A DNA stretch of 51,940 nt. It comes from Vitrella brassicaformis CCMP3155 (lineage: Eukaryota; Protista; Chromerida). Below, piece after piece: positions 1 to 16,500 of the stretch. The translations under genes were made by a program, and so were the position numbers. The notes below the pieces were generated by a model. The model did no database searches. It was given only the letters and a program-made list of their open reading frames with translations, and was not told where the DNA came from. How positions within the stretch are numbered: the stretch's first letter is position 1; each line of letters begins with the position of its first letter. Where the stretch lies: assembly GCA_001179505.1 (NCBI GenBank), contig CDMY01000557.1:1-51940 (forward strand), read 5' to 3'.

Positions 1-464
1 TCCGTTACACAGCAATCTACCCTAGCTCACAAGCTCGCAGTGGTTCGTCTTGCCAAGCTGGCAAACCTGACACTGCCCTCTGCGTGCTGCGTGTTGCGTG
101 TCCGGGTTGCATGTTAGGGTGCCTGTTTCATGTTGGCGATAACTCAGAGGAGCGTCGAGGGTGCTGTGAATGAAAGTAGAAAGATCTGCGGACGTCGTCG
201 TGGCAGCCGAGGCATAGATTTCACTGGCGGGACGATTCGGCGAAGCAAACGGCAAAGAGGTGTGAGCGTCGGTGCGCCCTTGTCGAGCAGAGGACGTGCT
301 GTGTTGAATGCGCTGTTGTGCTTCTTGACAGACACCTGTGAGGTGCTGATCTGTCGTGTGTCTGAGCGGAGCTCTTGTGGCTCATTGAGTTTTGCTCAAA
401 GGTGAGTCACACGCCATGCTGTCATGCTGCTCAGTCATCGGCTGTCCGTCGTCGTTGTGTGTGT

Positions 465-2400
465 CACAGGCCTGTGCCCAGCAGACAGGTCTTCGTCTGC
501 TGATTGTGTTGGCGGTGACTCGAAGCGCCAACGTGTCGACGGCCGTGCCGCTGGGGATGCTGGTGAGATCACACACACACGGTTGGCTGACAGACAGACT
601 GACAGACAGACAGACAGACAGACAGACGTGCAACGGACCATCGTGTATGTGTGTTTGCACAGGCGTCGGTGCGATGAATGGCACAGCCGCTCACCACCAC
701 CAGCGGCAGGAGGGACACAGCCAAGCAGCATCGGTTAGTGAGGCAGTGCGGCACCACACATCACCGTGGGAATGGCTGAGTCTCACTGAGAGTGCCTCTG
801 TTCACTGTGTGTGCAGGCGTCCCCCCCTGTGTGTGTCGGGTCGGGTGATGTCTGTGGTCGGCTGGCGGCCATTCACTCACTCATTCAGCAGGTGGGTGAC
901 GCACAGACATCGACCCACTGGTGGATGCAGCCGTGGTATGTCTGCTCTGTGTGTGTATCAGGTGGCCACTGAGGTGTCGGCCGCCGACCCGCTGATAATG
1001 CCGTCCATCGCCGCTGACCAGGTGAGTCACACAGACACAGTGAGGGGGGCGGCTCAACACATTCCGCCTTATCTGTCGTCTGTGTGATGGCTTCAGGCGT
1101 CCGTCATTGCCCATGAGTGGTCATCTGTCAAGTCGAGCGTGTCGACCCTCTCGGCCGCCGTGGCCACCATCGTCCACCACATCTCTGCCGCCCCGCCCCC
1201 TCCCCCCGGCCAACCAGACACTGCCGTGGACGTGACGGCCAACCGGCTGCCGTCCGATGTGTTCTGTGACGGTGTGGTGGGCTACCTCCCTGTCGACGTG
1301 GCCATTAGCCCGGCGCGTGCAACCAACACCCACTACGGCACACAACTCATCAACGAGGCCTTCATGCTCAAGCGCGTCGACTGCTCGCTCGACAGCAACC
1401 ACCTCAGCGGCCTCATCGACGTCTATCGGCCGTCATTCCAGTACTTCAGCAAATGCGCCTATGTGCTCGAGCAGGGAGGTCATGTGTGGCGGGAGATGGC
1501 CGAATTCATTCGTGTGGCGGCCATCTACAAGCTCATCAAGGCACTGCCCCTGTCTCTGATGCTGTCGCCTCAGTGGATGGCCGACCATCTGGCCAGCAAG
1601 AGCGAATTCCATCAGATGCCGGCCGCATTAGCCATCTACAGCACATTCGCCACATGCTCAGCCACAGGGGGACCACCCTAGAGCTGCGGCGGGTGGAGGG
1701 AGATGACGGCGACAGCGATCAGGAGAGTGACGAGGATGAGAGCAACGGTGACAGAGACAGCGACAGTGACGATGAGATGAATGAGGATGGCGCTGGGGGC
1801 GGCGACGCGAGTGCCGGAGAGGGCACAGCGGGCAGCGGCCAGGGGAGGCAGCAGGGCGGTGGCGGTGGTGGTGTGACGAGGCAGCGCTACAGGATCGGCG
1901 ATGTCGAATTCACGACGGTCCCCCTCATCGATCTGCCCCCCGCCCACCCCTACCGAGCCACGTACAATGCCGTCGACCCGCCCGTCCGCTGGAGGGGCTG
2001 GCTCTTTCGATCATTCACGGCATTCATCAAGCGGATGGCCCTGTGGTTCTGGCATGACCAAGTGGGAGGGGTGGAGCAGAAGCGTGTGACTAGTGCTCGT
2101 GTCGGCCCTGACGACACTCGCTATCTGTCCCTGCTGACGGAGCCCATCGAGGGCCACAAGACCATCGACTTCATGCTTTGGCAGCCAGGCCAGCGACATG
2201 ACGGCCGCGAGCGATTCATCATCCTCAAGGGCACAGCAGCGACAGACACCATCGTGGCTTACCTGTGGCTGGACAGTGGCAACATCCACCTCTACACGAC
2301 CGAGGCCCCGATTGAGGGCAACACGCGCATCGAGCGCTTCCCAGTTGCTGTGGCGGCCGCCCGACCTCTGCTGGCAACACATGGGCTCGAGAGAACAGTG
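465..2400 (+). repeat. Left arm of a ~1.9-kb inverted duplication (partner ~10965-12830)
   Basis: Exons and introns are reverse-complementary to ~10965-12830. For example 'gcctgtgcccagcagacaggtcttcgtctgctgattgtgttggcggtgac' has a near-identical reverse complement at ~12780-12830. Confidence 0.9.
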
Positions 2401-2409
2401 CTCCGATAG
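674..2409 (+). pseudogene. Lineage-specific expanded-family gene, copy A; spliced, with a probable 1-bp frameshift near 1649
   Basis: GT-AG introns (563-662, ~736-817, ~892-961, 1022-1096) join in frame: MNGTAAHHHQRQEGHSQAAS|ASPPVCVGSGD...IQQ|VATEVSAADPL...DQ|ASVIAHEWSSVKSSVSTL. ORFs 1139-1681 and 1453-2409 together equal the single ORF of the paralogue at 10830-12143. Copy A reads TTCGCCAC where copy B reads TTCGGCCAC. Confidence 0.75.
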
Positions 2410-3151
2410 ATGCCTTACATAGCAACACACTGGTGAGGTACACGGGAGGTTGGGAGTGAGGGGGCTGTAGGCGTGTGTAGAAAGGGTGGGTGGCGGCTGG
2501 TAGAGGAATACATATCTTCTGGTGACCTGGCTGGCCGCACACTGTGACTGACTGACTCGTTTGTCGGTGGCCATGTGTCTGTCTGTTTGGCACCTTTGTC
2601 TGCATTGCATGCCGATACCGTTCAACAGATGCTTTAAGAGGCTGTCTCGACGTAAGCAAGTGTCCGGCGGTCTGCCGCCATCAAGTCAATCATGCCGCCG
2701 TTCATGATTCATTCATCAGTGTGGAGCCACACAAGAATAAGTCAAAGCCACGGGAGGCAGGCAGTCAGGGAAAGGAAGGAGACCTACAAGGCCGTGATCT
2801 CGTGATCCGCACTACTTAGTTAGCCAAACTACGCACACATCCATCCATCCATCAGGACGCTACTTACTGCTGCGCTGCATGCCCTCACAAGTGTGTCATC
2901 GGCAGCAGCGCGTATCGACCGACCTCAATCACTACCACTACTGTCTGTCTGTCTGTCGACCGCCCCCTGCCCCCATCTACAGCGCACACGACTCTTCTTG
3001 GCGTCACCTCACCGACCGCCACTAGCCATCGAGTCAGTCCACTCACTGCCTCCCTCGCGCCCCAGGTGGTGAGTGAGGGATGACTCATCCGTCGTGGGAG
3101 GGCTTGCTTGCACTACTTAGACGAATCCCCGGATTTGCAGGCTCTGGTTCC

Positions 3152-7990
<4,839 letters not shown>

Positions 7991-8610
7991 CGCTCTCGCC
8001 CCGACGCACCGGGAGCCTCAATTGCTGCGGCGGATGCCGATTGGACGATGCCGCTCTCGCGCGCAGTGAGACATACTGCTTCCGCCTCCTGTTACCCGCT
8101 GTTCTCGCGATTTCCTTGCCCACCGGGATCACATGGACTTGGTCTCCCTTCAGATCACGCCCATCTTCGAATTCACTCCACCGAGTTCGCAAACAATCGC
8201 GAGCTTAGCTCGCAAACCTTCATGAAGGCTCCTGAGGCTTGTGGGACACAGGCAGCTTGTGTGGATTCACTGCGGAAGAGCGACGGTGGAATCAGGCCAT
8301 GAGGCGCATTCTCTGGTAAGGACGCAGTCATGAGAGGGATGCAGGCCAGGCCCTGTACGTGTGTGTTCCCGCTTGTCCTGTCCTGCAGATGTCCCCGTGG
8401 CCGAGCAGAGACCACGAGACCACCAGCGGGGTTGTTGAAGCAGGTGTCAAGTGGGCCTGGAGGCAGGTAAGAGCAACACACAACGATTTGGGGGTGAGCA
8501 AGGGCGCCATCTGTCTGTTCTGCGTGCTTTCAGGCATCTGTCGACCACCATTGACCACGCCAGCGTGTTTGTCCTGTTTTCGCTGAATCACGCGCGTGAG
8601 CATCTGGCAG

Positions 8611-10346
8611 ATGGGTTCGCGAGCCAGGGTGCCCGAAGAGGAGGCATTCTCCACCGAGGCCCTGAAGTGCTCTGTGTTTCGTTCGTGCGCACCGGTAAGC
8701 CGCCGAGCGACCAGCAAGTGTGATGTGCCGACCCCCCTGCCCTGAGCTAGTTATCGGTGTGTGATTTGTGTGATTGCTTATTTGATTTGATTGTCCACCA
8801 GGTGTTGTCATCGATGGGCATCGATGACGAAGTGCTGGACAGCAAGTACCACAAGTGCTACTGTGACAAGTGCTGCCGGGCCAGGGGCGAGCGCAAGGGC
8901 ATCTACTACACCCGGTGAGCGAGCGGCCACACAGCCATACACACCACACACACCACACACACCACACACGCCCCTCAATGATTCTTTCGTCCACCCCATT
9001 CCCATTATTCTTAACCCAGAGGGACCCCCCCGACGATGTACGCCCTTCCCTTTGGTTGGTGTCGCTTCGCCCTTCGGCTGAGCCAGGACGAGCTGGACAA
9101 GTTCCGCACCTGGAACGTGTCCTTCCACGGCACACACAAGGACAGCGTCCGCGGCATCGTCCGCGACAGGCGGCTGCGGGTGCCCGACAACAAGTCCATC
9201 TTCATCCGGGACGGCCACCTGCCCGACCAGTTCTACTACTTCACCACACCCTCCGTCGTCTACGCGTCCTTCGGGCTGTATGCCGAACCCTTCGAAGTGA
9301 GGGAGGGGGGATGCACACACACACACGCAGACAGACAGACACACAGGCTGACTTGTCTATATGTGGCCTGGTGTGGTGTGGTGGTTGCGTTGGTTGGATG
9401 GATTGCAGCACGACGGTCAGCTGTGGCAGGTGCTGGTGCAGCTGCTGCAGCGGCCCGGCAGCTTCGAAAAGGGCTTCGAGACGTCGGGACTGGGTACGGC
9501 AGGCAGGCAGGCAGGCAGACCAGATGGCAAGACAACGCGATATGTGCCTGCATCCATCCATTTCTCCACCTGTCTGTCTGTGTGTCTGTCTGTCTGTGTG
9601 TGTGTGTGTCAGGTATGATCCACCTGGACCCCGGTTTCCCCAACCACGAGGTGGAGTGGAAGTCGAATGTGGACGGTGCGGCGGTGGTGTACGCCGTGCT
9701 GGTGCGTCCCATCCCCAACAGGGAGCCCGAGGGGCTGGTCTACCCACACGGCACCTTCTTCAGAATACGCAACTACTCCTGGTACCAGCCCTTCGACGGA
9801 TCGCCGCCATTCTTCCCCTCCAGCCAGCTGTTCAACAACACCAGCAGTGGCCAGGGGGGGAGCAGCAGCAGTGGCAGCAGCAGCAGGGGGGCAGGTGCTG
9901 CTGCGCGGGGCGGGCAGCTCACACAGCAGCTGATTAGGGTGAGTGAAGACGTCATGGGGTCGCACCAGGCCCCTCACCCGCACCCACACCACAGTGCCGC
10001 TGTGCCAGCATCCCCGGTCCCCTCGGCCCCCTCCGCCCCTCAGCTGGGCAGCGGCTCACTGTCGAATGCGCAGAACGGCCGTCCCACCCTCCCTCATCAC
10101 TCGTACGTTGTGAGTGGACACCACCACCACCAGCCCGCCCCCTCCTCACACCCACCACCTCATGTGCCGCCACTTTGGCCACATGTGGCGGGCCAGCCGC
10201 CCCCATTGTACTACTATCCCCCTCCTGCTGCCGCTGCTGCTGCTGGTGGTGGTGGAGCACCCTCCCTCCCCCATATGTCGATGCCGGCCAACGTGGTGAC
10301 GGTGCCGCCCGGGAGCACCGTGTGGATCATGCACACGGGCCGGTAG
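8611..10346 (+). CDS. Stand-alone NEURL4-C-terminal-like ADP-ribosyltransferase-fold protein with His/Pro-rich tail
   Basis: Spliced product: KCYCDKCCRARGERKGIYYTR|GDPPTMYALPFGWCRFALRL...WNVSFHGT...FYYFTTPSVVYAS..YAEPFE|HDGQLWQVLVQLLQRPGSFEKGFETSGL|GMIHLDPGFPNHEVEWKSNVDGAAVVYAVLVR. This matches, from memory, the NEURL4 C-terminal ART pattern. Introns ~8695-8801, ~8915-9019, 9297-9408, 9494-9612. The start codon is uncertain. Confidence 0.8.
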
Positions 10347-10829
10347 CACAGGGGGGTATGGGGGCGGGCGGGGCAAGTTTTCCCTGCAGACAGGTCCCTC
10401 GCGGCTGAGGCACATGGAATGGATGTGTCCATCCATCCATCCGTCGATCCATCCATCTGTGTGTCTGCCTGTGTGTGGTTGAGATGGCGGGGTGGAGAGG
10501 ACTTGCTGGCCGACTGAGTGATTTTGTTTGTAGTTGCTCGTGTGAGTGAGTGCTTTTTCCTGTGTGTGGTACCGATGGCTGGCGCGATAAGGACAGATGG
10601 ATGAATGGATCGATAGACAACAGTGACTGATCTGTGAGAGAGAAAGCTGTGTGTGTGAATGAATGCTCGAATGTTCACACAGAAATGGTCCCATCAGCGA
10701 GTCACGGCAGATCAATCAGCTGCATGCATCGAGTGTCACAGACTGGCTGAGCAGCAGCTGCTCTGGCAGCTGGCAAGGCAACTCTGTCTCTCTGAAACAG
10801 ATGTGCTCCACCGGGTAGGGTAGGGTAGG

Positions 10830-12603
10830 CTACACCGACCCCCCAGCACCTGCAAACATCAGTGCAGCATACCACACAGGAAATGATGCCGCCGCCTCTC
10901 CCTTCCCCAAGCGCCCCCCCTCACCCAGCGAACGAGGCAATCCGAGGACTGCCTGCTCTAGCTCATGTGTTGCCAGCAGAGGTCGGGCGGCCGCCACAGC
11001 AGCTGGGAAGCGCTCGATGTCCGTGTTGCCCTTAATCGGGGCCTCGGTCGTGTAGAGGTGGATGTTGCCACTGCCAATCCGCATCCAAGCTTCGATGGTG
11101 TCGGTCGCTGCGGTGCCCTTGAAGATGATGAGTCGCTCGCGGCCGTCATCTCCCTGGCCTGGCGGCTCACCCATATAGTCGACGGTCTTGTAGCCCTCGA
11201 TGGGCTCCGTCAGCAGGGACAGATAGCGAGTGTCGTCAAGGCCGACACGAGCACCCGTCACACGCTTCTGCTCAACGCCCTCTTGACGACACCAGTACAT
11301 CAGGACCATCCGCTCGATGAATGCCGTGAAGGATGGGAAGAAAAAGTCCCTCCTCCGAATGGGCGGGTCGACGGCACTGTATGCGCTGCGGTAGGGGTAG
11401 GCGGGGGGCAGATCGGTGAGGGGGAGCGTCGTGAATTCGACATCGCCGATTCTGTAGCGCTGTCTCGTCACACCACCACCGCCATCGCCCTGCTGCCCTC
11501 TGTCCTCATCTTCATCACTGCTTGCCCCCTCCATGTCCTCATCGTCGCCATCACTGTCGCTGTCCTGATCGCCGTCATCTCCCTCCACCCGCCGCAGCTC
11601 TAAGGTGGTCCCTTGGTGATGGAGCAAGTGGCCGAATGTGTTGTAGATGGCCAGGGCGAGAGGCAGCTCATCGAAGGCCGCCTTGGTGGCCAGATGGTCG
11701 GCCATCCACTGAGGCGACAGCATCAGAGGCAGGGGCAGTGCCTTGATGAGCTTGTAGATGGCCGCCACACGAATGAATTCGGCCATCTCCCGCCACACAT
11801 GACCTCCTTGCTCGAGCACATAGGCGCACTTGCTGAAGTACTGGAATGTCGGCCGATAGACGTCGATGAGGCCGCTGAGGTGATTGCTGTCGAGCGAGCA
11901 GTCGACGCGCTTGAGCATGAAGGCCTCGTTGATGAGTTGTGTGCCGTAGTGGGTGTTGGTTGCACGCGCCGGGCTAATGGCCACGTCGACAGGGAGGTAG
12001 CCCACCACACCGTCACAGAACACATCGGACGGCAGCCGGTTGGCCGTCACGTCCACGGCAGTGTCTGGTTGGCAGGGGGGAGGGGGCGGGGCGGCAGAGA
12101 TGTGGTGGGTGATGGTGGCCACGGCAGCGGAGAGGGTCGACACGCTCGACTTGACAGATGACCACTCATGGGCAATGACGGACGCCTGAAGCCATCACAC
12201 AGACGACAGATAAGGCGGAATGTGTTGAGCCGCCCCCCTCACTGTGTCTGTGTGACTCACCTGGTCGTCGGTAATGGACGGCATTATCAGCGGGTCGACG
12301 GCCGACACCTCAGTGGCCATCTGACACACACACAGAGCAGACACACCACGGCTGCATCCCCCAGTGGGTCGATGTCTGTGTGTCACCCACCTGCTGAATG
12401 AGTGAGTGAATGGCCGCCAGCCGACCACAGACATCACCCGACCCCACACACACAGGGGGGGACGCCTGCACACACAGTGAGGCACTCTCAGTGAGACTCA
12501 GCCATTCCCACGGTGATGTGTGGTGCCGCACTGCCTCCCTCACCGATGCTGCTTGACTGTGCCCCTCCTGCCGCTGGTGGTGGTGAGCGGCTGTGCCATT
12601 CAT
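10830..12603 (-). CDS. Lineage-specific expanded-family gene, copy B (intact paralogue of copy A)
   Basis: A 437-aa open main exon (10830-12143) plus upstream exons and introns collinear with copy A. Acidic D/E linker in the middle. A probable extra intron near the 3' end. Confidence 0.8.
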
Positions 12604-12674
12604 CGCACCGACGCCTGTCCACCAAACACATACACGATGGTCCGTTGCACCTCTGTCTGTCTGTCTGTCAGTCA

Positions 12675-12705
<31 letters not shown>

Positions 12706-12830
12706 AGTCAGCCAGCCGTGTGTGTGAGATCTCACCAGCATCCCCAGCGGCACGGCCGTCGACACGTTGGCGTTTCGCGTCACCGCCAACACAATCAGCA
12801 GACGAAGACCTGTCTGATGGGCACAGGCCT
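10965..12830 (-). repeat. Right arm of the ~1.9-kb inverted duplication
   Basis: See the left arm. Similarity ends upstream of the shared acceptor (gtgtcacag in copy A, gtgtgacag in copy B) and near the end of the coding sequence. Confidence 0.9.
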
Positions 12831-13508
12831 GTCACACATATGAAAATGGGCAGCTGGTGATTGCATGACAGTGATGATCCTCCCATCTTGTGCACATTCA
12901 TCATTGCCGCCTCACCTCCTTGCGATACGATGCAAATCCGACGCAAAGCAGCTGCTCAGGCACAGAGCTCGACACTCTGAGGAAGACGCACACGACACAC
13001 ATCCAGCACACTCCCAGACTGAGAGGGCGCCTTGTGTTGATGCTCACCTTTTGGCTCGGTCAACCGAGGCTCTCGCAGATTCACCAAGAATCACCAAGCA
13101 ACCGACACTCGGCTTTCGTCATTGCTGATTTGCAGATCGAAAGCATCCCGCAGCCTGCCATACAATACCACCGGACGACGGCTGGCACCGGACCACTTCT
13201 TTTTCTCCTCCTTTGTGGCGAGCTCAAGCTTGCAGCGCAATCTCGGCCGTGGGCAAAGCTGGCCGCCCGACCCCTTCCCCCCTTCCTTCCCCCTTTCTTT
13301 CTCGACCTGTCGTTTGCATTGGGGTGTGTTTGTCACCCCCCGGCCCCTCGCACGGCAAAACCGCTGCGAGTTTTCTGCAAACGCCATAAGGATGGACGAA
13401 GTCACTGAGGGCGCGAGGAGGGAGAGGTCACTGTGTGGAGCCCTCAAGGTTTTGAGCGCCTTTGTTGAATTCCGGCCCCTTGCAGTCGCGGCTCTCTCTT
13501 TTGAAACG

Positions 13509-16500
13509 ATGGTGTTTCCCTGGCTCTTCGTCATCTCCCTTTTCTGCCCCGCTGCCGGCGTCCCAGCATGCCCTGCCCTGGATGCATGGCCACCACTGGC
13601 CGAAAAGTGGCTCTCTTTGGTAGGTACCTGCCAGAATAGCCTTATGGCATCGTTAGGCATCGTTTGTGCATGTGCATGCGCTTCTGTGTCTTTGCGCCTG
13701 TATGCAGGGATCCTATAGCTTCAACAGCCTCACGTCGGAGTCTTCTCTGGCGTGGGTTGCCAATGGCGTCACTGCATCCATCAGTATTATCAACGGTGAT
13801 GCCACGATTGCGATGGGGCAGGAGCAGGCCGCATATTTCGATATGGACTTTGATGAAGCAGGAAAGTGCCGCTTTCATCCACGGTTCCCACACACACACG
13901 ATGTGCATTTCCTCTATGTGCAGGGTTGCCTCTTGACTCCTTCGGAGCCCTTGACGTTAACATTTCATTGTCACAAGTGAGTTTGCCAAGTGTACCAGCA
14001 AATCCGAGTTTTTGGAGCGACATCAGACCCAACGGATTCGAGCTGATGAAATCCAGGTTTGGATGACGCACATTCGCACCAGCTGGCTGCATCACCACCT
14101 TTGCTATCCTGGACTTTGTCACGAAGGGCCCGAGCAATGCTCGTGTTGGCTCGTTGATCGTCTTCCGCGAACAGGGCGTCCTGAAGGGGGCAATCACCTA
14201 CACCGACGGCAACGACAATTACATCCAACTGACAGATGAGACATTTCCTCTGGCTGATGACGGCAAGGAGCACGAATACATCTTCGGCGTGCCAACCATC
14301 AGCAACAGTGACGGGACCGGACGCATCTTCTTGTGCGAGGATGGCGTCACACTCATAGAGAAAAACAATCTCAACATTGTCACCACCGTCGTCACTGTGG
14401 TTCGAGTCGGCTACTCCCTGTGGGGTCAGCACACGAGGGGCAGCCTCATCCTTCATCACCTGCAGTTCCTCGTCCCCGAGCTGCCAGACCTTTACGTCAA
14501 CGCAGAGACAGGAGACGACGCAAACGATGGAACCACACCTGCCAGCCCTCTCGCGACAGCCGTCCGAGCTGCAGAGATAGCACGAGCCGGCACCACAATC
14601 CACCTTGCACCAGGCACTTATCGTGGCCCTCTGAAGCTGAGGGGAAACGGCCGTTCGCAGAAGGCGCTAAAATTCGTCGGGGAGGCCAACAAGACGGCGA
14701 TTGTCGGCTCTCTTCGAGCTGACTCGCTGCAATGGAGCCACCATGACGGTAACATATATGAAGCAGATGTCAGCGAAGTGTACGACTCTTGGAAACTGAC
14801 GAAATTGCCGCGGATAGTGTGTGAGGTCGACAGTGCGATGCCCGGTGTGTGTCGGCAGCGTTACTATATTGCTCGCTCGCCCAACTACCACGAGCCGGGC
14901 CCTCCATATGCATATAAGCACATCCAATATTGGTGAGGTGGCACACAGCCTGGAGGATCGCCTTGTGTTGTCATTCCTTTGCTGTCGGCAGGTATATGGC
15001 CGACGGAGGGGCTGGCGTGCCTTCCTGTACCCCGGCACCACCTGGCCGAAACAGGTGGTGCGACGAAGGTGAGAGTGAGAGTAGGGCGGTTACCTGTATA
15101 TTCCATCGTTCCATGTCTCTTGACGTGTCCATTCTTGTTTTTGAAATTCAGATTTGTGGTCATATACGGAGCTTACAGATGTCGATCACTTTCCTGATGA
15201 CGGCAACGGCTCGTATGCCATCCCGCCTCCCGGCATCCAGCCAGCAGCCAACTTAAAGACACTCCCGGATCTCAAGGGCGCGAAAATTTTCATCAACGAC
15301 GGGAGGTCTGGCTTTTGGACGAAGCGCTTTCAAGTCGCAACGCACAGCAAGCAGGCTGGCAAACTCATCATCAACGAGGATTTCTTTTGCCGCGACCCTG
15401 AAATCATCTGCATTCGAGCCTACGCCCAGTACTTCGTCTATGACAAGTTGAACCTTCTGGACAGTCCTGGGGAGTATTGGTTTGACGAAGCAAACCAGAG
15501 GCTCTACATGTGGAAGAACGACGGAGTGGACTGGTCTGAGATCGAGATAATGGGCGACGTGGACTCAAGCGATGAGGCGACAGGCATCGACCTCTCGGGA
15601 AAGTCGTTTATCACTATTGATGGCGTTCGTGTCGCTTTCTTCCGGAGAGGCGTCATCGAGTCTGGCAAGGTAGGATGCACATGCCATCTACCACTTGCGA
15701 CTGATTCACCCATCAATATCCACCTCTCTTTCCTTCAGGAAGGTGAACCCCTCTCACAGCATGTGACTCTGACAAACTGCCACTTTCATGCCATTTCTGA
15801 GGATGGCATCCGCCTTTTCCGCACTCTCGACAGCAATGTTCCAGGGCGAAAAACACAGATGTTGACCATCACCAACAACGTGTTCTCCGAAATAGACGAA
15901 TTTGCTATTTGGTCTGGTCCAAGCTTCTTGCAAACAGACGGAAGGTCAGTCAATCCTCTTGGCGCTGCACGGCGTGCAAGGGGAAAAACAATTGTGTCTT
16001 CTTTTCACTGATGTGCGTGGTTGCATGCTGATGCAGCTCGGAACAAGGGCGAGACCCAACGAATGCTGAGGTCAGTATACGAGATCTCTACGTGGCCCAC
16101 AACTACTTCACCCGCATCAGCTTCCACTACAAGAACCCATTCACTCAAAGGATGTTCGGTCCCGCAGCCGTCTCATTCATGGCTGCGACGAATATCACGT
16201 TCGTGCACAACGTGATAGAATACGTTGGTATGATGCAAGACATGCATACAATGTGACAAAGCTCATGCTTGTTGTGCCGTGTCTTGTTCTTCTGCGTGCA
16301 GGCGGCTATGCGCTTTCAATGCGCTACGTAAAACATGGATCGGACGGAACCCCGTACGCTACTGCCGATGATGTCAGATACGGTGAAAACTTGGCCGCCT
16401 GGAACGAAATGCGCATGGCTTCGTTGGTCAAGGCCGACAGTGGGATAATAGCGGTCTCTGGGGCAAAACCTTTCAACACGCTCTTTTATGAGGTCAGCTG

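Noticed and set aside
382-1114. ORFs with SVCLSVC, TDRQTDRQ or HTHTHT runs, here and throughout the window
   Set aside because: They are translations of intronic microsatellites.
10813-10829. (GGGTA)n as a telomeric repeat
   Set aside because: Only about 3 units, internal, and not TTAGGG or TTTAGGG.
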